The translations under genes and the position numbers were made by a program. DNA of 64,000 nt from Felis catus (taxonomy: Eukaryota), in NCBI RefSeq assembly GCF_018350175.1, contig NC_058369.1, positions 25,980,001-26,044,000 of the forward strand. The letters are read 5' to 3'. This document shows, piece by piece, positions 37,475-46,666 of this stretch. A model generated the notes under the pieces. That model searched no databases, was not told the origin of the DNA, and saw nothing but the letters and a program-made list of their open reading frames with translations. The stretch's first letter is position 1. Each line of letters opens with the position of its first letter.

Positions 37475-37620
37475 GTGGTAGTTATCAACTGTGATGAGCA
37501 TAGGTATCATCTCGGGGATCGTGTTAAACTGCAGCTCCTGAGTCAGTGGGTCTGGGGTGGTGCCTCACATTCCCAGGTGCTGACCAAGCTCCTGGTGGGG
37601 CCACACTTTGAGAAGCAAGG
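37475..37620 (+). mobile_element. MER5A-like fragment
   Basis: ctgagtcagtgggtctggggtgg…ccacactttgagaagcaagg. Confidence 0.65.
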
Positions 37621-38183
37621 CTATATTTGTAGTGCACGTGAGGGACCCACCAGTGAGAGACATTTGGGCTGTTATAAACAGTGCTACAATAAACAGCAGA
37701 GTCAGAAGACCTAACACTGAACTCGTAGCCCTGGTATTAACTGTGTGACCGTGAGTGGGTCACTTAACCTTTCTGGGCTGCCGGTGAGTCCCTCCTCCCT
37801 GGCAATTCGGCGAATGGTCACAAACGCCTCTACTCTTTTAAACCCTAGGGATAAAAATAAACAGTCCCTGTCCTTGAGTGCTCTGAGAGTCATAATTCTA
37901 ATCCTGGCGTGCAGAGCATTGGGGGAGAGGGGAGTGCGCAAGATAAGGATGGAAAAGTCTTTGTCAGCTGTACTGCCGGCCACAAAGGCAGTTCTGTTCC
38001 AGTTGGAAGGCAGTCTAGGTTTGCCAGGTGAGCAGTGGCTAGACAGGGTTTTCTTCAGCAGAAAAGTGCTCTGTGGCATTTGTCTGCACTTTAAAAAAAA
38101 CAAACCAGTCCCGCACATAAATCTTCCGAAGAAGCCAAAGCCAAACTGGGTGGGGGAAGAGAGCCCCGTCATTTGCAAACTGG

Positions 38184-38218
<35 letters not shown>

Positions 38219-38689
38219 TGATTCCAGCAAGACTGGGGAGGGTGGGGTGGGGTATTCTCTGAGTAAATTCCACCTTGGACTGGGAGGGCCCGGAGGGAGG
38301 AAATCAAGGCCCTCAGCAGGCCCTGTCTTCCCACCCCTGCTGAATGAACAACACACACATGTCCAGTGGATGGTGGCCACCGCCTTCATTCCTTTACCAG
38401 CGTGAGGCAATTGCTTCTGGCGGCCATGGCTGCAACCTCTGGGGGACTGAGAGCTCAGAGACGCAGAACTGACCTCTGGAGTCGGTTAGACTAGGGTTTG
38501 AATCCAGACTCTGACACCTAGTACCAGAGGGACCTGAGCAAGTGACTTAATTTGTTATTTGCAGCCTCAGTCTCCCTGTTTGTAACACGGGGATGATGAT
38601 AATAGCATCAAGCTCGCAGAGTTCTTGCAAAGATTAAAGAAGGTAAGTCATGGATGTGAGGTGGTCAGGCAATCAGGGAAGTGGCCATG

Positions 38690-39280
38690 TACTACAGCTA
38701 TAGGATTCAAGGAGGGAATGTCGATAAAATCACAGTCACGTAGCCCGTTGAGTGAGTCCAGGAAAGAATGGCTCTCGTGAACGTCGCTCATTCCATTTTG
38801 AACTCCACCTTAGTCAGTGGGTGAGTGGGAGAGCAGGGTGCCTTCTCTGAGCATCCTGCCTACCAGCACCCCCAGCTTCTCTTAGGGCAGGGCTGGCTGG
38901 TCTTTCAAACAGCCACTGCCTTTGCCACCCCGTTGGAAGAAGACCTGCTTCCCCAGCACCCACGCACGTGGCCCCAGGACCTCTGCAGCAGGGGCTGGGG
39001 GTGGAGGGTGAGCCCTCTTCCCTCTCCAGTTGCTGCTGAGAGAACCAGCTCCTCTTCCTTGAGGGGATGGAGGCAGAGCAAATGTTCTCACGTACAGTTT
39101 GCTCCTCTTTCTTTCTGGCAGGGTGTGGACCTCGGTGTAAAATTACAACTGAGAAGGCCCCCGCCCTGGGGCAAAGATGTAACTGGGGAGGACGTCAGTT
39201 CATTTTGCAAGTCCTCGTTCTCCATCTCTGTTCCCTTTGGAAACTTTCAGTCTTTGCTCTTTGATGTCCACTCGTAGCGT
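38690..39280 (-). pseudogene. Putative large decayed pseudo-exon X (boundaries unclear)
   Basis: Long frame broken mainly by TGA (…KFPKGTEMENEDLQNELTSSPV…LHPLKEEELVLS…), then after a shift …HESHSFLDSLNGLRDCDFIDIPSL. Flanked by MIR-like sequence. Confidence 0.35.
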
Positions 39281-39600
39281 AATCATGACATTAACAGACA
39301 TTGTCATATCATAATCACGGCGGTAGCTCTCTCACAGATACATGCTAAGTGCTTTGCACATGGCTTCTCATTTGTCAGAAACCCTCCAAAGGTACATGGT
39401 TAATGTAGGTTACAGGCAACCCCAGCTCCCTGCTCTTAATCTTGACTATTGTCTTTCTTAGCCCTTCCTTAGACTTAGTATCCAGTTTAGCACTCTGTGA
39501 CCTTAGGCATATGATTATTTCTCTCAGCCCCAATTTCCTTACCTGTAAAATGGAAATAATAACAACATCACCTGGGGTTGTTATAATGATTAAATGAGAA

Positions 39601-39812
39601 GGGGCGCCTGGGTGGCTCAGTAGGTTAGGCATCTGACTTTGGCTCAGGTCATGATCTCACGGTTGGTGGGTTTGAGCCCTGCATCAGGCTCTGTGCTGGC
39701 AGCTTGGAGCCTGGAGCCTGCTTTGGATTCTGTGTTTCTCTCTCTGACCCTCCTCTGTTTATGCTCTGTCTCTTAAAAATGAATAAATGTTAAAAAAAAA
39801 AAAAAAAAAGAA
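39601..39812 (+). mobile_element. Can-SINE inserted in a MIR
   Basis: Full element. Confidence 0.92.
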
Positions 39813-40104
39813 AAAGAGAAAATGGCAGTACTCAAGAAAAGGAAGCTTCTATTATTATTATTTATTTTACTGTTTTTACTGTTACGAATATTCTGACATG
39901 CTACCATAGCAGTGGACCCCAGGACACCAAGAAACCACAGAATCCAGGTTCACCTGGGACCCCTTTCACAGAGCTGTGGATCCTGAAGTGTGGAGGTGGG
40001 TTTCACACATAGGGGCAGGATTCCAAGATCAGGACCCTAGTAAGAGTGTTATGTGTCTCTAGCTTATTAACTGGTTTATTGCAATATCAAGTATATCTCT
40101 ATAC

Positions 40105-40809
40105 CTGCGTTGTTCAATATGATAACCCCCAGTAGCTAAAGGCAGCTATTGAGCGTTGGCAATGTGCCGAGTCTGAATTAAGACATGCTGTAAGCAGGGC
40201 ACCTGGCTGGCTCCATCGGAGAAGAATGCAACTCTTGGTCTCAGGGTCGTGAGTTTGAGCCCCATGTTGGATGTAGAGATTACTTAAATAAACAACTATT
40301 TTTAATTAAAAAAATTTTTTTAATGTATATTTATTTTTGAGAGAGAGAAAGACAGAGCTTGAGTGGGGGGAGGGGCAGAAAGAGAGGGAGACACAGAATC
40401 TGAAGCAGGCTCCAGGCTCTGAGTTGTCCACACAGAGCCTGACGTGGGTCTCGAACTCACGGAACTGTGAGATCGTTACCTGAGCAGAAGTCAGTCATTT
40501 AACTGATTGAACCACCCAGGCGCCCCAAATATTTTTTTTTTAAAAAGACATGCTGTAGGTATAAAACACATGTCAGACTTCAAAGACAGTAATATATTTA
40601 AAAATATTAATTGTATATCTGAAAATTATAACTTTTCAGATATATTGGGTAAAGTGATCAACTTGTTCTAGTTGCCACAGACATTCCTGGTTTTAGGACT
40701 GAAATGAAAGGCCTGCAACCCAAGAAACCCCTTAGTCTTGGGCAAATCAGGACGTTGGTCATCTTATTTTTTTAAGTTTATTTATTTATTTTGAGAGAGA
40801 CGGCGGAAG

Positions 40810-40865
<56 letters not shown>

Positions 40866-41145
40866 CCTAAGCAGGCTCCATGCTGTCAACACAGAGCCTG
40901 ATATGGGGCTCAAACCCACACAATCGTGAGATCATGACCTGAGCTGAAGTCTGACGCTTAACCAACTGAGGCACTCAGGTGCCCTGAGTTGGTCATCTTA
41001 TTATTGGTTAAAATATATTATTATAAGTAATTTCACCTGTTTCTTTTAAAGTGACAGTTAACTTTTAAGCGTTACTAGAAAATTAAAAATTATATTGTGG
41101 AAAAAAATTATAATGTGGCTCTCATGATATTTTTATTAGACAGTA
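40105..41145. mobile_element. MER33-like hAT element containing a MER81-like element (40650-40766) and three Can-SINEs (40197-40292 +, ~40300-40526 -, 40769-40984 -)
   Basis: MER33-type ends ctgcgttgttcaata / ttattagacagta; Blackjack-type TIRs taaagtgatcaac / gttggtcatctta; TSDs visible. Confidence 0.8.
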
Positions 41146-41297
41146 TAGGTTCTATTAGGTCTTAAACCCCAGCCTACACCCTGCCAGGAGACAGATGTGA
41201 CAGTTGCCCTCCTTCAACAAGTGGCACAGAAAACAGCAACTAAACCTTAGCATAAAATAGGTGGTGTGACTGCAAGGGCTGTAAGAGTGAGGGACTA

Positions 41298-41474
41298 GGG
41301 GCTCCTGGGTGGCTCGGTGGGTTAAGTATCAGACTTTGGGTCTGGTCATGATCTCACGGTTCTTGAGTTCGAGCCTCGCATCATGCTCTCTGCTGTTAGC
41401 GTCGGATCCTCTGTCCTCCTCGCCCTCTGCCCCTTCCCCACTCTCTCTCTCTCTCAAAAATAAACATTAAAAAG
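41298..41474 (+). mobile_element. Can-SINE
   Basis: Head, CT tract, A tail. Confidence 0.9.
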
Positions 41475-41783
41475 AGAGAGAGAGAGAGAGAGAGAGTGAA
41501 GACTAAAGGACAGGCATGGGTTTCCCATGTTGAAAGGAGAGATGAGAGCCTTCTAGGCAGAGGGAACTGTCTGAGCAAAAGCATGGAGGTGATCAGGTGA
41601 ACTTTCACACATTTGCTTAGAAAGAAGAACCCCTTCCATCCCACTGATCCGGCGACTTGTACAACGTTGAGAAGTAGACTCATAGTGCTTCAGTCTTCCA
41701 CCGGTATTTATCCTCAAGTTCAGCCAGTCTTCTCCTCGTGGGTGTCTGCACATCTGCTGCTGTCCTGCCAGGTCTATGCTGAC

Positions 41784-41873
41784 CTGTAGGGGTGATGGCT
41801 CTACTTGTGTTTTCTCAGTCGGTTTATTCTGACTGGGATCTCTCGGGGCTGCAGCAGATTGGTGTCAGCATAT
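41784..41873 (-). pseudogene. Putative pseudo-exon B (3' end uncertain; may extend to ~41617)
   Basis: Acceptor ctatgttcgttactcacag|A. Continues exon A in phase (R-YADTNLLQPREIPVRINRLRKHK*). Candidate donor CAG|gtcagc. Confidence 0.4.
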
Positions 41874-42340
41874 CTGTGAGTAACGAACATAGAGGGGAGC
41901 CATGGCTTTTTACAGAGACATGCTAGAGTCAGCTAGGGAAAATGCAGCTAATTCCGGCTTTTTCAGGGACTGGTAGTGAGGTCTCTTAATTTTGCCTGGT
42001 TTCCAGCTACCTTTATAGAGTGCTTATTGTGTGCCAGGCACTATGCTAAGAGTTTTGCTTGCCTTATCGGAGCACCCTAGGAAGAGGTGTGTTACCTCCA
42101 CTACCTAGACCAGAAGACTGGAGCTTGCAGAGGCTATTTGTTCAAGATCACAAAGCCAGAATAGCCAAAAGTCACACTCAAAGGCTGGGCTTTTTGCTGC
42201 TTTACACTCTTCCACTTTGGACAGTTCTATACCAAGAGATCAGAGAAGGCTAGGACAGAATTTAGAAAACCGGGATTGGGTATTTGTTAAATGAAGGCCT
42301 TGTCGGGCAAAACTATGAAATGTACTGGCTAAAATGCTAC

Positions 42341-42636
42341 CTGCAGAAATGTCTACCTGAGTTGTTCAGCCCTTTTCTTTTATCAAATACTGATGAGGAG
42401 TCATCTGAAGACTTTGTGTGCTTCCTCTCCTCAGTTCTCAAGCCACTGACCTCTACCTCTACTGTGATTGCTGAGGCCCCTTCATCTCCCATGAATTGTT
42501 CCCTGGAGAACTCTTTGGTTTCTTCTGACTGGGTAGAGAGAATCACTAGACTTGTCCTAAAATGGGGTGTCTCAGCTCTGGGTGAAGTGTACTGGATATT
42601 TTACATGCAGAATTATTTAGTTATTTGTGTCAAGAC
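42341..42636 (-). pseudogene. Putative pseudo-exon A (296 nt)
   Basis: Acceptor cccatataattgttttcatcag|G, donor TGCAG|gtagca. Phase-0 frame has 2 early TAA, then 86 open codons (…SEETKEFSREQFMGDEG…GRHFC-R). Confidence 0.45.
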
Positions 42637-43594
42637 CTGATGAAAACAATTATATGGGAAAGGGGGCCTTAGCCCCCTTTCTCCATTAGCTCCAATCTTC
42701 CCTGGCAGGGAGCAGGTGCCTTGGGGCGTGGGACACTGGCTGATAAGTTTTGATGGATGAGTTTGGGTGGAGAAAGCATGGGGAACCAGGAAACTTGGGT
42801 ATGAGGGAGGCAAAGGTTACCAACACTGCCTCTAGTGATTTTGGTGCTCAGATGGTGTGAACAAAGGCAAAACCCAGACTGAGAACAGGGTTCTCAGGGG
42901 GCCTTTAGACATAGTGCAGACTTTGGAGTTAGAATCAGATTCAAGACCAGCATTGCCTAGTCCATACCAGCTGACTTCTAGCAAATCTCTTTAATCACTG
43001 AAGGAGTGGAATGGTCCTTCAAATAGCTATTTTGTCCCTACTATGGGCCAGGGCCAGGTAATCCACTCTCCCCCCAACCCCCCGGCTGTAGCTGTTTTGA
43101 GCATTCCAGTGAGTGAGGCAATCTGTCTGAACAAAGCACTTCAGTGTTGTATGCAAATGACTTGTTTGTATAAATGTTACAACCACAAATCTGCTGGCTT
43201 CTCCTGGGCAACCCTCAGGCTGGAAGCCCTTGACCTCCATCCTGCCCAACTCAGATTCCCCAGGAAGACCCCGTCCCTAAACCTGGGTTATGGGTCTCTT
43301 CTTGGCCCCAGGACACTCTGTGCTTTTCTTACACACCTGCATTCCAGTCCTGTTTGTACTGTATGCCTTGGGCAAGTCCCTTAACCTCCCAGTTAACTCT
43401 TGTCAGGTGTGGCCAATAGCCAAGGAACTGTTTAGCACAGCTCTTAGCACAGGGGCAGAGCAGGTACTCAGGAAAAGCTAGCTGCTACTTTTACGATTAT
43501 TCAGCTTTTGACAGTAGAGGTCTGGCCTGAGTTTCTGCTATATCCCAGAACCTAGCACAGGGCCTGGATGAGTACACAGCAGGTACTCAATATA

Positions 43595-44091
43595 TGGTGT
43601 TTGTAGGCAGAATAACAGCCCCTAAAGATGTCCAAATCCTAATTTCCGGAACCTGTCAATATGACTTACATGGCAAAGAGGAATTAAGGCTGTAGATGGG
43701 ATTAAGATTGCTAATCAGTTGATCTAAAAATATCCTGGGTTAACCAACTGTCCGGATGGAATCACAAGGGTCTTTAAAAGAGGAAGATGTGACTATGGAG
43801 AACCAGAGAGATGACGGTGTGAGAAAGACTCAGCCTGATGTTGCTGGCTTTGAAGATGGAGGAAGAGGCCACAGTCAAGGAATGAGGGAGGTTTCTAGGA
43901 GTGGGAAAAGGCAAGGAAACAGATTCTTCCCTAAGCCTACAGTAAGGAATGCATCCTGCCAACACCTTGATTTTAGTTCAGTGAAACCCATGAGGGATAT
44001 CTAAGCTACAGAACTGCAAGATAATAAATTTGTGGCTTTTTAAAGACAAAGTTTTGGTAAGTTGCTACAGCAGCATTAGTAAACTGATATG
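43595..44091 (+). mobile_element. MLT1C/D-class solo LTR, ~0.9 kb upstream of the FLNB TSS
   Basis: taggcagaataacagcccctaaagatgtccaaatcctaat…ggcaaggaaacagattct…gataataaatttgtg…ctacagcagca. Confidence 0.88.
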
Positions 44092-44209
44092 CACTGCAAA
44101 TTATTCATTTCTATTACTACTACTAAGCTGTTTGTGATAGTTGATTTGTACTTTTCTCGCCCATTACTGTATGAATTCCTCAAGGTCAAGGAATAAGTTT
44201 GTCTTATTT

Positions 44210-44405
44210 AAAAAAAATTTTTTTTAAGTTTATTTATTTATTTTGAGAGAGAAAGAGACATCGAGAGTGGGGAGGAGCAGAGAAAGGGAGAATCCCAAGC
44301 AGGTTCTGCACTAACAAAGTGGGGCTCTAACCCAAGAAACTGTGAGATCATGACCAGAGTGAAACCAAGAGTGGACGCTTAAGGACTAAGCCACCCAGGA
44401 GCCAG
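44210..44405 (-). mobile_element. Can-SINE inserted in an L2 fragment
   Basis: T tail and reverse-complement head. Confidence 0.9.
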
Positions 44406-44944
44406 GGAATGTTTGTTTTATTTACCATTAGTTCTCAAGTGCTAAGAGGGCCTCCCACACAATAGGCACTCAGTAAATGCTACTGATGACACTATTATAA
44501 TTCACGTGAATTTAACTGATACAAATAGTAAAGTGTCCATTCCTTCTCCGTGTCCTCCAGTGCCTAACACTTTTGTCTGGCACACAGCAGGAGGTCAATC
44601 AAAACCTTTATTGAACCTTACCGAACCTATACGTGGATCAAGTACTATTTACTCCCCTCACTCCCCTCTCTCATGGCCCACGCCGCCGCTCCCGCCCATC
44701 CTGAACGCCCCTTACTCCGGTGACCTTCTTCTTAAGCCAATGTCTCCCCACTGGCTTCCTTTTCGCCTAGGTAGTGAGCACCGAGCACGGGGTCCCTGGA
44801 CACCTTGCCGGCCGTGGGGTGCAGTGCACGCTTGGGACCGCAGGGGGCGAGCGTGGTCCGGGAACGCCCGCCGAGGGGTTGGGACGGGGCGGGGCCTCGA
44901 GGGCGGGTCGGCTCAGTGCGCAGGCGCGGGTCCAGACGCCTCGC

Positions 44945-45108
44945 GCGGCGAGGGGCAGGCGGCTGCAGAGCAGTCCCGGCCGCGGCTCTAGTAGCAGCGA
45001 GTTCGAGCCCCGCTCCCGCTCCGCTTCGGTTCTCGCTCCCCCGGCCCTTGGGCCTCCCGACGCCAGTCCCGGGCAGTCGCTGCGCTTTGCGCTCTCCCCG
45101 CCGCCAGG
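44945..45108 (+). other. FLNB: FLNB exon 1 5' UTR (TSS approximate)
   Basis: GC-rich leader with no ATG, directly upstream of the start codon. Resembles the human FLNB 5' UTR as I recall it. TSS not determinable from sequence alone. Confidence 0.75.
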
Positions 45109-45400
45109 ATGCCGGTAACTGAGAAGGACCTAGCGGAGGACGCGCCGTGGAAGAAGATCCAGCAGAACACCTTCACGCGTTGGTGCAACGAGCACCTCAA
45201 GTGTGTGAACAAACGCATCGGGAACCTGCAGACCGACCTGAGCGATGGGTTGCGGCTCATCGCGCTGCTCGAGGTGCTCAGCCAGAAACGCATGTACCGC
45301 AAGTACCACCAGCGGCCCACCTTCCGCCAGATGCAGCTGGAGAACGTGTCCGTGGCCCTCGAGTTCCTGGACCGTGAGAGCATCAAGCTCGTGTCCATCG
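45109..45400 (+). CDS. FLNB: Filamin B, coding part of exon 1 (N-terminal actin-binding domain, CH1)
   Basis: Translates [31 protein letters not shown]...ESIKLVSI, the filamin-B N-terminus (FLNA and FLNC have longer N-terminal extensions). Kozak context gccaggATG. Ends at the strong donor ATCG|GTGAGT; 292 nt, phase-1 intron. Confidence 0.98.
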
Positions 45401-46615
45401 GTGAGTGCCCTGGCCCAGCCGGGCGCCGAGGTGTACCCTCCCGCCCCCGCGCGTGCGCCGGGGGGAAGCCTGGGTCCCCCTGCCGCGCGCCCCCACCGCG
45501 CCCAGCAGCCGCGGGCTGGGTGTGGGCGCTGAAGCGGGGTGCGTTGTCCTCCCGGGAGTGGGGACGCAGGAGACCTAGGTCTCCTTCCCAGTGCCTTTTC
45601 CTGGGCTAGGACTTTGTGTGATGGCCTCGCTGTGCGTCCTTGGGGGGCTGTGGATCCTGGGCTTGGGTTGGGGCTGCACGGGGAGAGCTGGGGCTGTGGC
45701 ATGTTTTCCGCACCCGCGGTGCCCCTGAGGGGGAGCTGGAAACCTCTGGTCCACGGTCCACAGAAGTGGGGCCCCGCTCAGATGTTCTCCAAAACGCTCA
45801 CCCCGCTGCGCCCAGGTTGGTGCGCTCAGCGGCTGACGAAGGGGCGGTGGCTCTGACGCCTGGCGGGAGACTTGGGGAGGGACAGTTCTCCGAGCCTGGG
45901 GCCTCTCCGCTCAGGTGGGGACGGCGACCTGTTACCCTCCCCCGCCGTCTCTGGCTTGGGTGTGGGCCCCGAGGTGGGAAGGGGAGCTGCGGGGGGGGGG
46001 GGGGTGTCCTCCTCTCTCCCTCTGCTCCCAGCTCAGCTCTGGCTGGGTGCCTTGGGGTGAGCCAGCTCTGCCGCCGAAGTAATCATTTAGGGACGGTAGT
46101 GGTATAGTAACTACTGTTTTGTAGGGAGAGCCCAAACTTGTGCGTGCTGTGTGCCAGCAGCCTTCCAAGTTCTCAGTCCTTACACAAGCTGGGAGTTGGG
46201 GTGTCCTTAGACCTACTTTACAGACAAGGAGGGGGGTCCAGAGAGTTAATCGACTTGTCCAAGGTCTTGGAAGTAGGAAGAGTCTCGCTGAGAATGGAAG
46301 GGAAGCGGGTACAATGAAAGGAGACTTTGCCTTCCTCTCCTATCCTTCCCCACACCAGGGTCTTCCTGAGAAGGGGGAGGGAGTTGGTGTCAGGTTCCGC
46401 TCCCCTCTGCTGGGAAGAGAGAATGAGGGTCAGGTCCCCGCTAGGACCTGGGGTAGTTGAAAGCTTCCAGGAAAGCCACAAGGCTGCTGAGGGTGTGGGC
46501 TGTGACTGTAGGGGGAAGGGGTGTGTAGTTATGTGGGTGCGTGTGTGCACTTTTATGTGTACAGAGGATGTAGTGTGTACATAGTGTGGATGGGCAGAGA
46601 AAGTGTGTGCACCCA

Positions 46616-46617
<2 letters not shown>

Positions 46618-46664
<47 letters not shown>
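46618..46664. repeat. (TG)n microsatellite in FLNB intron 1
   Basis: About 23 TG units, directly visible. Confidence 0.97.

Positions 46665-46666
<2 letters not shown>

Larger units (their letters stand above)
21035..42636 (-). pseudogene. Candidate decayed multi-exon (unitary) pseudogene of unknown identity, head-to-head with FLNB
   Basis: Chain of AG/GT-bounded blocks in repeat-free islands, phase-consistent at several junctions, with scattered stops and frameshifts, ending in a polyadenylated terminal exon. See the individual exon entries. Confidence 0.55.
44690..45980. promoter_or_regulatory. FLNB: FLNB CpG-island promoter (TATA-less)
   Basis: Very high CpG/GC density. GC box GGGGCGGGGC 44886-44895, NRF1-like TGCGCAGGCGC 44917-44927, CCAAT box AGCCAAT 44735-44741. 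Confidence 0.9.

Noticed and set aside
37711..38358. Longest ORF (215 aa, minus strand) and its + strand partner
   Set aside because: Runs through a poly-T/A tract and MIR-like sequence, with no recognisable domain and no convincing splice boundaries.
40197..40292. tRNA-Lys gene
   Set aside because: Mutated stems, an A-rich tail and a TSD mark it as a retroposed SINE.
41617..42636. Idea that the minus-strand remnant is an emerin paralogue (EMD lies head-to-head with FLNA)
   Set aside because: No LEM-domain or C-terminal transmembrane similarity visible, and the exon number and size do not fit.
45401..45609. C-terminal extension of the 166-aa ORF ([10 protein letters not shown]…)
   Set aside because: Read-through past the GTGAGT donor into intron 1. 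Filamin similarity stops at KLVSI.
44506..46107. Many overlapping long ORFs on both strands around the promoter
   Set aside because: Expected from stop-codon depletion in a CpG island and from the antisense shadow of FLNB exon 1.
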